This document shows positions 1 to 7,848 of a DNA stretch of 31,506 bases, one piece after another (position 1 is the stretch's first letter; the number at the start of each line of letters is the position of its first letter). The position numbers and the translations under genes were made by a program. Source of the DNA: a virus (taxonomy: Duplodnaviria; Caudoviricetes); the IMG/VR virus record IMGVR_UViG_3300014613_000072, positions 1 through 31,506 of that record. One strand, written 5' to 3'. The notes beneath the pieces are model-generated. The model worked only from the letters and a program-made list of their open reading frames with translations. It was not told the DNA's origin and did no database searches.

Positions 1-87
1 GGCGACGGCTACAGCTCCGGCTCCGGCTACGGCTACGGCTACGGCGACGGCTACGGCTCCGGCTACGGCGACGGCGACGGCTACGGC
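1..87 (+). repeat. Hexamer tandem repeat GGC(TAC/GAC/TCC)
   Basis: Directly visible: ggcgac ggctac agctcc ggctcc ggctac ggctac... Confidence 0.9.
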
Positions 88-111
88 ACAGTCGGAATTA
101 GGAGAAACTGA
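1..111 (+). CDS. 3' end of a Gly-Tyr/Asp/Ser dipeptide-repeat phage protein (partial)
   Basis: Frame 1 reads GDGYSSGSGYGYGYGDGYGSGYGDGDGYGTVGIRRN*. TGA at 109-111 overlaps the ATG at 111. Not in the ORF track because it is truncated by the window edge. Confidence 0.75.
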   Translation, partial: GDGYSSGSGYGYGYGDGYGSGYGDGDGYGTVGIRRN

Positions 112-938
112 TGAGCATTCTTGACCGCGTGAAAAAGGCGAGCGACTCCGGCGAGGACCACCTAAAGGTCCTCATCTGGGGGCCTAATGGGAGCGGAAAA
201 TCGACGCTCTGTGGAACGGCTCCGAGGCCGATTCTGTACGCCTACACAGAACGACAAGGACTGCTCTCCTTCCAGCGAATGTGCCCGGAAGGCGACGTCG
301 TAAAGGTCGAATCGGTGGCCGATTTGCGAGAACTCTTGACCGAGCTACGCAAGGACGGGCACGGGTATTCAAGCATCGTGCTCGACTCATTCACGGAGAT
401 GCAACTCTTGATTTCGGACGAGATTCTAGCTCGTCGGAAGGCGAAAAACGAGGAGAAAGGTCGGGACATGGGAGGCGAACCGCCAAAGCTCGTCATGGAA
501 GACTACGGATTCATCCATGACCGGAGCAAGGCGCTCGTCCGAGCCTTCCGGGACCTACCGATGCACGTTGTTCTGACCTGTCTCTCTGAGACATCGGAAG
601 TCGGCGAAGGGGCCGATTCAAAGACGGTCACGAAGATGATGCTTCTTGGGCGGAAGCTGCCAGCGCAGCTCGGGCAGTTCTTCAATTTGGTAGGTTTTTC
701 ATTTCGCGTGCAGCGCGACAGAGAGTCGGTGTATCAGGTTCTCCTCGAGGGACGGCCTGACATCGACACGAAGGGAATGCCCGGTCTCAGGAAGCGCGAA
801 GAGCCGGACATCAGCTACTGGGTAGATCGGGCAATCAAGGGCTGCCCAGCCCGAGATCCCGATGCTCCAATGATCAAGATGCCAGTCCATATCGGGCAGA
901 ATCAAGCCGTGAATAACGGCGGAAAGAAGGAGAGTTAG
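111..938 (+). CDS. AAA_24/Sak4-like P-loop ATPase (putative ssDNA-annealing recombinase)
   Basis: Walker A GPNGSGKS, Walker B-like SIVLDSFTE, DYG and HVVLTC motifs. Lies next to an SSB-like gene, as is typical of Sak4 modules. SD AGGAG upstream. Confidence 0.75.
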   Translation: MSILDRVKKASDSGEDHLKVLIWGPNGSGKSTLCGTAPRPILYAYTERQGLLSFQRMCPEGDVVKVESVADLRELLTELRKDGHGYSSIVLDSFTEMQLLISDEILARRKAKNEEKGRDMGGEPPKLVMEDYGFIHDRSKALVRAFRDLPMHVVLTCLSETSEVGEGADSKTVTKMMLLGRKLPAQLGQFFNLVGFSFRVQRDRESVYQVLLEGRPDIDTKGMPGLRKREEPDISYWVDRAIKGCPARDPDAPMIKMPVHIGQNQAVNNGGKKES

Positions 939-1487
939 ATGGAGGACTTTACGAATTTCGACCCGTCGAAACGTGGCGGAGGCAGCGGCGACGAGAGACC
1001 GGTTCTCCCCCCTGGGGTTTATGTCCTCGTCATCAAGAAGTTCCAGCGTACCACGTCGAAAGCGGGGAATGATGGAATTCTGTTCGTCTGCAAGCCGATG
1101 TTTGAGGCCGGCGGGAAGCCCTACGACCATTGCGAGAATGTCCTCGAAAACTGCACCCTGACCTCCGCAGCTTCTTGGAGGTTGGCCAACCTCTGCAAAG
1201 CGGTCGGCCGGGAGCGGCCTTTCAACGCAATGAGCGACGAAGATATATCCATGATCTTCGTCGGCGAGCCGATCAAGGCTCGCGTCATTCACGACACCTA
1301 TAACGGGAAGGTGTCGGCGAAAGTCAAGGAATACTTCCTGCTACTGAAGAGAGATCTGGAAAAGGTCCAGATCATGATGGATGACTGGCAGGTCGATAAT
1401 CCAAGCGATTACGGTGACTCAGGCGGAGATTCCGGCGAGTATCAATCGGACGTTCCTCCTCCGACTGACGATGACATTCCTTTCTGA
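939..1487 (+). CDS. DUF669-like single-stranded DNA-binding protein
   Basis: LPPGxY...TSKAGN N-terminus and an acidic C-tail ending DDDIPF, typical of SSB. SD AAGGAG. Confidence 0.75.
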   Translation: MEDFTNFDPSKRGGGSGDERPVLPPGVYVLVIKKFQRTTSKAGNDGILFVCKPMFEAGGKPYDHCENVLENCTLTSAASWRLANLCKAVGRERPFNAMSDEDISMIFVGEPIKARVIHDTYNGKVSAKVKEYFLLLKRDLEKVQIMMDDWQVDNPSDYGDSGGDSGEYQSDVPPPTDDDIPF

Positions 1488-1503
1488 TCGTGAGGTAGAA
1501 GCA

Positions 1504-1535
1504 GGACCGGCCCGAGGTGGTAGTCGGGCCGGTCC
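1504..1535 (+). promoter_or_regulatory. Perfect 12-bp intergenic stem-loop
   Basis: GGACCGGCCCGA (1504-1515) / 8-nt loop / TCGGGCCGGTCC (1524-1535). No U-tract. Confidence 0.6.
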
Positions 1536-1541
1536 ATAGGG

Positions 1542-2072
1542 TTGAGTGCTATGGCCTATTCTGCACATGATCCGTCCGTTGTCAACGGCGTGATACCCAG
1601 TGAGCTCACTAAAAAGCTCATCGGTATATGGTGCCTGAGAAGCGGTCGGAATCCCAACCGAGTGAAGGCACTACCGAAGAGGATTACCGCCGTTCAGGCT
1701 CGCATCAATGAGGGGTACACTGCCGACGATCTGTGCATGGCAATCGCCGGAGTGTGCTACTCTCCGTTCCACCGTGACAACGGATATAATACCATAGATG
1801 TCGCGATAAGAAACGGCGTCCAAGTCGAGAAGGGAATACAACTCTGGTTCCGTTACGCTCCGGTGAAGTACATCGCCGAGTACGTAAAAAGGACCGGCGA
1901 AAGAGTACCCGAAAGAGAGGATGACTTGGCTGCTTACCGTCGAGACCAAAGACGGGAAGCCGAGCTGAAGAAACAGATTGAAAGGCTGGAAAAACAACGC
2001 CAGGCGGAAGAGGAGACTCGCCTTGCGGAGGAATGCCTTGATGAGGAGTATACTAAAGAATGCGGAGGATAG
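1542..2072 (+). CDS. Putative replication initiator/helicase-loader-type protein
   Basis: The segment AVQARINEGYTADDLCMAIAG resembles the conserved C-terminal domain of phage replication proteins. Coiled-coil tail. Lies directly before the primase-helicase. Start could be TTG 1542 or ATG 1551. Confidence 0.5.
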   Translation: MSAMAYSAHDPSVVNGVIPSELTKKLIGIWCLRSGRNPNRVKALPKRITAVQARINEGYTADDLCMAIAGVCYSPFHRDNGYNTIDVAIRNGVQVEKGIQLWFRYAPVKYIAEYVKRTGERVPEREDDLAAYRRDQRREAELKKQIERLEKQRQAEEETRLAEECLDEEYTKECGG

Positions 2073-3926
2073 ATGGACAGTGATCTCCTCGAATATCTCA
2101 ATCGAAAAGGCTGGAAGTGGAAGTATCAGGAAGGCGAAACACAGGTACTCATAGAGGATGAGTGCCCGTTTTGTGGGAAGACGAAGCACCTAATGTTCTC
2201 GGCGGAAACAACGAAGTGGAAGTGCATGCGATGTGGTGAAACAGGCAATCTGTTGACCATAAAACGTAGGCTCAATGACGTTGCAATCCGACCTGTTCAA
2301 GCGAGCGTATTCTACCGAGGAAAGGCTGATCCTTCCCCGGGATTGAAAGGAACTAGACCCCCAAAGGGGAAAGATGTCGAGTGTCATGAGCGGCTCCAAT
2401 CGAGCCCGGAAGCTCTGGAGTATCTCCGGGATACCAGGGGCTTCACCGAAGAGACGATCCGGCGATTCCGCCTGGGAACAGTCGGAGAAGGTGACCGAAT
2501 AGCAATCACGATTCCGCACTATGCAGGCGGTGAATTGGTCGCGATGAAATTCCGAGTGATTCACCCGAAAGATGGCGAGAAGAAGTACTCGCGTTGGAAG
2601 GGCTGCCCGAGCGTCCTTTTCAACGCTGACACGATTGCCGACCTCTCCAAGGCTCCCCCGGGAAAGCGCACCGTGGCTGTATGTGAAGGAGAATTCGACG
2701 CCATCGCCCTATCCCAGCTTGGATTCTCCCGAGTCGTAGCGAGCACGACAGGGGCATCTGCGGCATTCCCGGAATCGTGGCTCGCCGCCCTTGAACCGGC
2801 GTCTACCGTCTATCTCTGCTACGACAACGACGAACCCGGCGAGATGGGCGCGGAAAAGGCCGCTGCTACCCTCGGGCGGTATCGCTGCCTGCGAGTCGTG
2901 CCGCCCTGCCACGATTTCGCTGAGATGCTCGAACAGGGAATGAGTCGAGCCGAGGTCATGGCAGCGGTCAGGGCCGCGCAACCCTACGGCGAGACGATAG
3001 TCCGGCCCATAGGCGACTACGCGGCGGACCTACGGGACGTTCTGAGCCGGAGCAATGCCAGGGGTAGGTCAACGGGCTGGCTTGCTCTGGACGCCATCTG
3101 GGGAGGTATCAGGGACGGAGAACTGACGGTCGTGACCGGCGACACCGGAAGCGGTAAATCGACATGGACAACTGCCCTTGCCAGATCCCAGTATCTTCAG
3201 GATGTTCCAGTATTGATTGCACCTTTTGAGCAACAGTGCTCGGATATTCTTTCGTCGTTGATCTCGATGGAAACCGGCGAGTCAGTCTATGAAATGACTC
3301 CGGTTCGACTGGAAGAGGGCATCTCGATAGTCACCGGGAAGCCTGTTTTCCTAATCGACAAGCACGGCCCCCTCCCGTTGGGAGAGTTGAAGGACGCCAT
3401 TTATATCGCCGTCCAGAGGTATGGAGTAAGGTTCATAGTTCTGGACCACCTCCATTTCTTCATGGACGGTCGCCCGGAAGATGAGCGAAAAGTCATCGAC
3501 CAGATTATGAGAGCGCTTGCTCTCTGGGTAACGGACCTGATGATTCACATCGTCCTGGTCGTTCACCCTGCGAAGCTCGGGCGAGAAAAGGACGGTGCTA
3601 CTCGGAAGGTCGTTTTGAATGACTTGAAAGGATCGTCCGAAATAAAGAAGGTCTCCTGGAGCGGGATACGCGTCCACCGTATCCGTCAGGACGGAGTAGG
3701 CGGAGTCGGCGACGATACCGAAATCTCCGTCTTGAAGTGCCGTTCCAGAGCAGGGACAGAGGGTTCCGTCGTGCTGCATTTCGATGGGGCCGCTCAGAGA
3801 TATATCGAGGGAACCTACGCATTGACCGGAGGGAAAGCTCCGGTGCAAGTCGAGGAAGACTTTGAGGACACCTCTGAGAATACCGGAGAGACAGACTGGG
3901 AGAGGCGATGGAACGAACCACAATAG
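2073..3926 (+). CDS. T7 gp4/Twinkle-like DNA primase-helicase
   Basis: Zn ribbon CPFC...CMRC, TOPRIM motifs CEGEFDA and YDND, SF4 helicase motifs GDTGSGKS, IVLDHLH, VVHP and DLKGSSEI. Confidence 0.93.
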   Translation: MDSDLLEYLNRKGWKWKYQEGETQVLIEDECPFCGKTKHLMFSAETTKWKCMRCGETGNLLTIKRRLNDVAIRPVQASVFYRGKADPSPGLKGTRPPKGKDVECHERLQSSPEALEYLRDTRGFTEETIRRFRLGTVGEGDRIAITIPHYAGGELVAMKFRVIHPKDGEKKYSRWKGCPSVLFNADTIADLSKAPPGKRTVAVCEGEFDAIALSQLGFSRVVASTTGASAAFPESWLAALEPASTVYLCYDNDEPGEMGAEKAAATLGRYRCLRVVPPCHDFAEMLEQGMSRAEVMAAVRAAQPYGETIVRPIGDYAADLRDVLSRSNARGRSTGWLALDAIWGGIRDGELTVVTGDTGSGKSTWTTALARSQYLQDVPVLIAPFEQQCSDILSSLISMETGESVYEMTPVRLEEGISIVTGKPVFLIDKHGPLPLGELKDAIYIAVQRYGVRFIVLDHLHFFMDGRPEDERKVIDQIMRALALWVTDLMIHIVLVVHPAKLGREKDGATRKVVLNDLKGSSEIKKVSWSGIRVHRIRQDGVGGVGDDTEISVLKCRSRAGTEGSVVLHFDGAAQRYIEGTYALTGGKAPVQVEEDFEDTSENTGETDWERRWNEPQ

Positions 3927-4507
3927 CCTGTCCATGGTGCGGGAAGCCGGTCGTTGAGTTGGTCAGACGGAACTGGACAACGTTGCTCGACCCACAGAAG
4001 AGAATCGTCATCTTCGACGGGAAGACAAAACCTGAAGATGACGATGCAATCGCGATATTCGAGGAAGATACCGGGCGGCTCGTCTTTGGTCGCTCCGCTA
4101 CATTGGCGGAGCGAAAGCGGCTGAAAGAGAAGGGCAACCCCGGAATTGCCTACACGATTGGAAGAGAGAGTCACATGATCGACTGTCCGAAATGGACAGG
4201 AGATAAGTACGAAGGAGATAAGGAAGATGTCGAAGAAATCGAAGCCGAAGAATCAGTTGGAGAACCAGCCGGAGATTCCTCTGGAGAACCAGCCGGAGAT
4301 TCCGCCGGAACAGAACCAGAAGATCAAACTACTGGCCGAGAAGCTGTTGACGGAAAACAACGTCGAAGCGCTTCGAGTGCTGTACCAAAAAACGTTCGGG
4401 GTGGCTCCAAGCCAAAGCGCCCCAAAGGACAGACTCGCAAGAAAGCTGGCGGTGTTTGTGGTCCAGGGACAATCGGACTCTTCGGAGACGATTCCGGCGA
4501 CTTCTGA
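3908..4507 (+). CDS. Hypothetical Zn-binding protein (C-terminal half overlaps the next gene)
   Basis: CPWC at the N-terminus and HMIDCP later. GAGG upstream. The last 281 nt overlap ORF 4227-4898. Confidence 0.6.
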   Translation: MERTTIACPWCGKPVVELVRRNWTTLLDPQKRIVIFDGKTKPEDDDAIAIFEEDTGRLVFGRSATLAERKRLKEKGNPGIAYTIGRESHMIDCPKWTGDKYEGDKEDVEEIEAEESVGEPAGDSSGEPAGDSAGTEPEDQTTGREAVDGKQRRSASSAVPKNVRGGSKPKRPKGQTRKKAGGVCGPGTIGLFGDDSGDF

Positions 4508-4898
4508 AGCCGCTTCTGTCCAGGCTGAAGCCTCGGTTGTTACTGCGGTGCAACCTACCGTTGCGGACGAGAAATCGGCCGTAGCGGCCTTGGAAAGGGT
4601 CAAGGATTCCTTCGATGAGGTCGAGCGGCTTACCGAAGAGAAACGAGCGAAAACTGCCGAGCTTCGTCAGAAAATCTCAAAATCCAGAGAGGCGATCCAG
4701 GCCGTGGTCAATGACGATTCCGTGGACGCCATGAAGCGAGTTGCTCTGCTCGAGGGTCATTGGAGGACTCTTTGCAGGACCGAGGAGAAGCGGACCGCCC
4801 TTGTTGCCGAGCTGAACGAGCAGATAAAGGCCGCGAAAGGGACGGTGAAAACCGTCCTGAATTCCGTGAGACAGATTCCGCTCCCCCTGGGAGAGTAG
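4227..4898 (+). CDS. Hypothetical coiled-coil protein
   Basis: AAGGAG/AAGGA upstream, LENQPEIP repeat, helical C-terminus. Confidence 0.7.
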   Translation: MSKKSKPKNQLENQPEIPLENQPEIPPEQNQKIKLLAEKLLTENNVEALRVLYQKTFGVAPSQSAPKDRLARKLAVFVVQGQSDSSETIPATSEAASVQAEASVVTAVQPTVADEKSAVAALERVKDSFDEVERLTEEKRAKTAELRQKISKSREAIQAVVNDDSVDAMKRVALLEGHWRTLCRTEEKRTALVAELNEQIKAAKGTVKTVLNSVRQIPLPLGE

Positions 4899-4929
4899 CA
4901 GGTTCCGGGCAACCGGGGTGTACGGCACT

Positions 4930-4962
4930 CCCCTGGCCAGGATAGGTGAACCTGGCCAGGGG
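4930..4962 (+). promoter_or_regulatory. Perfect 12-bp intergenic stem-loop
   Basis: CCCCTGGCCAGG (4930-4941) / 9-nt loop / CCTGGCCAGGGG (4951-4962), just upstream of the AAGGAG SD of the next gene. Confidence 0.6.
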
Positions 4963-4982
4963 TACGACCGAAGGAGACAACT

Positions 4983-5636
4983 ATGGACTACCGAGAAGCG
5001 AAGCAGTGGAAGATTGAATCGAAAAGAGATCTTGAATCTGCGATCAAGGACAAGGCCAAGTTCGATCGCGAGTGCCGAGATATCGGCATTTCGCTTGAAG
5101 GAAAGCTCAAAGAGCAGTCAGATACATTCGATCTGATTCGCTCGAAGGAGCAGGAGATTGGTGAAACCAATAGCCATGTATCTGCCGCAGAGGCGATCTG
5201 CGACTACTGGAAAGCCAGGTATGGATGCGCCATCTCTCTCGCTGATACGTCGGCGGGGATGCTTGCAAGACTAGGGGCTGAAGGCTCCGAGTATGCTCAG
5301 GAATTTCTGAAGGAATGCGACCATGAAATCGCTACCTGTAAAGGAAGAATCGCACAGTATGATTCCGTCATCTCCACCGGGAACGAGACCCTGGAAGATC
5401 TGACGAATCAGCGGTTTTTTCTCGGTATGAAGGCCGAAAAGATCTCGGTAGAAATCGGCAATCTTCGACACTCTCACTCCATAGCTTCCTGGAATCTCGA
5501 AGATGCCATCGACCGAATAGAATCCGCAAGGTCCGACCTCTCCTCGGCGAAATCAGAGTGCCGAAAGGCAACGTCGAAGGCATCTATGGCCAAGGCCAGG
5601 AAGGATCGTCGCAAGGCGATGACGAGGGCAGCATGA
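4983..5636 (+). CDS. Hypothetical coiled-coil protein
   Basis: 217-aa ORF with SD GAAGGAG and heptad-like helical composition. Confidence 0.7.
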   Translation: MDYREAKQWKIESKRDLESAIKDKAKFDRECRDIGISLEGKLKEQSDTFDLIRSKEQEIGETNSHVSAAEAICDYWKARYGCAISLADTSAGMLARLGAEGSEYAQEFLKECDHEIATCKGRIAQYDSVISTGNETLEDLTNQRFFLGMKAEKISVEIGNLRHSHSIASWNLEDAIDRIESARSDLSSAKSECRKATSKASMAKARKDRRKAMTRAA

Positions 5637-5800
5637 GGCGAGTTTGCTGCAAATGTAACCTAGTCCTCGACCCGGGAGATGGCACGGAAGGCGGGTTTAC
5701 GTCGCACACTTACTGCGATATTTGCTACGACGCATTCATGGCAGAACTAGACGTGTTAGAGGCAAGTGAAGCCGAGGAAGCCGAGGAGAAAGGTGAGTAG
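5633..5800 (+). CDS. Small Zn-finger-like phage protein
   Basis: ATGA overlap with the previous gene. Sequence MRRVCCKC...SHTYCDIC. Confidence 0.65.
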   Translation: MRRVCCKCNLVLDPGDGTEGGFTSHTYCDICYDAFMAELDVLEASEAEEAEEKGE

Positions 5801-6260
5801 TTCTCCGATCAGAATCGTCGTGAAGGGTCCGCCAGTCGGGAAAGGCTCTGTCAGATTCTCGAAGGACGGCCATCCCTACACCGACGCCAAGAGCCGGGCA
5901 TGGATGCGACTGGTTTCCCAGGTAGCGAGCTGGAATCGGCCCCACGAGCCATTCAGCGGAGCAGTAGAGCTCGCCATAGTTGCCTACTTCCAGGCGGACG
6001 AGAAGCCGCTATGGAGGCGACAGGCTCAGTTGAATGGGATGATATTCCCGACGAAGAAACCGGACGCATCAAACATCGCGAAGGGTGTTGAAGATGCTCT
6101 GACTAGAGTGATCTGGACAGACGATTGCCTGGTAATCAGTTTAGGATGTGCGAAACGATACGCTGTGGAACCGCGAGTCGATATCGAAGTCTGGCAGATA
6201 TATCAGCCGACTTCGAAAAAAGAATACCTGCGATTACTCGCGTTGAGAGGTGAAAAGTGA
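5793..6260 (+). CDS. rusA: RusA family Holliday junction resolvase
   Basis: GxPxxK...R N-terminus, KKPDASNIAKGVEDAL and WTDD catalytic Asp motifs. GTG 5793 follows GGAG. Confidence 0.88.
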   Translation: MSSSPIRIVVKGPPVGKGSVRFSKDGHPYTDAKSRAWMRLVSQVASWNRPHEPFSGAVELAIVAYFQADEKPLWRRQAQLNGMIFPTKKPDASNIAKGVEDALTRVIWTDDCLVISLGCAKRYAVEPRVDIEVWQIYQPTSKKEYLRLLALRGEK

Positions 6261-6436
6261 ACGGAAAGATAGTAGAAGTTGGGAATGATGAAGATGATAC
6301 TGGACCATGGGTTTGGCTTGAGTATGAAGACGGTAATGTCGCGAAGATCTCCATAAGCGTGAATGATGCCAGAAAGCTGGCGAGCCATCTATACGAATTG
6401 GCGACGGTCACCATAGACATAGAGGTGGCTAAATGA
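6257..6436 (+). CDS. Hypothetical 59-aa protein
   Basis: Read by hand: MNGKIVEVGNDEDDTGPWVWLEY...IEVAK*. GTGA and ATGA overlaps at both ends, GAGG upstream. Confidence 0.6.
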   Translation: MNGKIVEVGNDEDDTGPWVWLEYEDGNVAKISISVNDARKLASHLYELATVTIDIEVAK

Positions 6437-6717
6437 ACGACGATATCAAGAAGGTTATCTGCTACGTCATAGCACGATGCTTGTACCCGGAAGCTCGGGA
6501 CATCGTTGACGATGATGTTGAGTTTATTGCATCCTGTCACTCGGAAGCAATCCAGGAAGGCTCGGAATCAATCGAACATTTATTCGTCGCCTATAACTCT
6601 GACAATCTCGGAAAGCTGGTGACGAAGATTAGAGAATCCGAGGGCATTGATCGCGACGTAATCGACCAGATTCTAGGCGTCCAGCCGGAAGATATGGAGG
6701 ATGATTATGAGCGATAA
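6433..6717 (+). CDS. Hypothetical protein
   Basis: ATGA coupling, SD GAGGTG. Confidence 0.65.
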   Translation: MNDDIKKVICYVIARCLYPEARDIVDDDVEFIASCHSEAIQEGSESIEHLFVAYNSDNLGKLVTKIRESEGIDRDVIDQILGVQPEDMEDDYER

Positions 6718-7024
6718 TTGGTGCAAGATATGCGGCGAATACACCTACGGAGCATCCCACAAATGCCCTCCATCGTGGGTTGTCTGGTGTCCTGACTGCC
6801 ACGAGGAAGAGGAAGACGGACGGAAGGTTTTCGCAAGCGACCCCGGAGAAGCCGCTGAGAAATGGGCGGAGGAAAACGACAGAGACAGCGCTGAGTACCT
6901 GATCGTCGGAGGTAGCCCAGCGACCGTCCTGGTGAAGAGGTTCGGAAGCGACGATCCTCCTACTCGGTGGATGGTATCGGGAGAGGCTGTACCGACCTAC
7001 AGCGCGACGGAGGACCCGGAATGA
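6707..7024 (+). CDS. Hypothetical protein with CxxC/HxC motifs
   Basis: WCKICG..HKCPP..WCPDC. GGAGG 6 nt upstream of ATG 6707. Confidence 0.65.
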   Translation: MSDNWCKICGEYTYGASHKCPPSWVVWCPDCHEEEEDGRKVFASDPGEAAEKWAEENDRDSAEYLIVGGSPATVLVKRFGSDDPPTRWMVSGEAVPTYSATEDPE

Positions 7025-7527
7025 AAGCCTACGTAGCAGCGCCTTCTTCCGATCTGGATTCGGCCCGAATGCTGATGGCCGAAGTCCGCGACGCTGGGTT
7101 CGAGATTACGCACGATTGGACGGTTGGTTTCGAGGATGAGACGCCGGCAGATTACCGCGAGAGGTCGAAGCTCGACATCGACGGAGTTATCGCGGCGGAC
7201 GTGTTGATCGCCGACTGCCGGATACTCCGCAGAGGCGGTCCGCTTATCGAGATCGGCGCTGCCCTCGGAGTAGGGGTTCCTGTCGTTTCCATCGGTGGGT
7301 TCCACGTGTTTTTCGAGAATCATCCCTCGGTGACTGTCTGTCGAAGATCAACGAGAGCGTGCCTTCTGGCCGCCCGGGTAGCCCGCAGGAAGCCCGATGC
7401 CGACAGCCTGGCTACTGACCTCTCGACGGTCAGAGATGCCGTCCTACGGTACGCAGAGGAGCTTGACCTCTCCCTGGCACTGTCCGCCTTGGAGCGGATT
7501 GAAGCAGCGATAAAAGGAGACGAGTAA
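7021..7527 (+). CDS. Nucleoside 2-deoxyribosyltransferase/RCL-like hydrolase
   Basis: KAYVAAP start, DIDGVIAADVLI and LIEIGAALGVGVPV (catalytic Glu motif ExGxA). ATGA overlap at 7021. Confidence 0.7.
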   Translation: MKAYVAAPSSDLDSARMLMAEVRDAGFEITHDWTVGFEDETPADYRERSKLDIDGVIAADVLIADCRILRRGGPLIEIGAALGVGVPVVSIGGFHVFFENHPSVTVCRRSTRACLLAARVARRKPDADSLATDLSTVRDAVLRYAEELDLSLALSALERIEAAIKGDE

Positions 7528-7848
7528 TGTTGAAGCTCGTTCAGGAAAACTTGAGAGCTTGGGTGGAACACAACTTCGGAGATCGTCCGTGGCATCAGCC
7601 ATTCATGGGCATCGTCGAAGAGGTCGGCGAATTGTCCCACGCTCTGCTGAAACAGGAACAGGGAATCCGTGGTTCCTGGGAAGAACATGAGAACGAAGCA
7701 AAGGACGCAATCGGTGATATTCTCATTTATATGTGCGACCTGTGCAATGCGCGTGGATGGGACGCTGAGAAGATCCTGGAGGATACCTGGGCTCATGTCT
7801 CGAAGCGCGACTGGAAGGCGAATCCTAATAAAGGAGACGAGTAATGTT
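7513..7848 (+). repeat. 19-bp direct repeat AAAGGAGACGAGTAATGTT flanking the MazG-like gene
   Basis: Identical copies at 7513-7531 and 7830-7848. Confidence 0.9.
7527..7844 (+). CDS. MazG-like NTP pyrophosphohydrolase
   Basis: EEVGEL and DAIGDILIY all-alpha NTP-PPase motifs. Confidence 0.85.
   Translation: MLKLVQENLRAWVEHNFGDRPWHQPFMGIVEEVGELSHALLKQEQGIRGSWEEHENEAKDAIGDILIYMCDLCNARGWDAEKILEDTWAHVSKRDWKANPNKGDE

Noticed and set aside
1-87. Possible CRISPR-like array
   Set aside because: It is a 6-nt coding microsatellite with no spacers and no cas genes.
1504-4962. The two 12-bp hairpins as rho-independent terminators
   Set aside because: Neither has a U-tract on either strand. They are kept as regulatory hairpins only.
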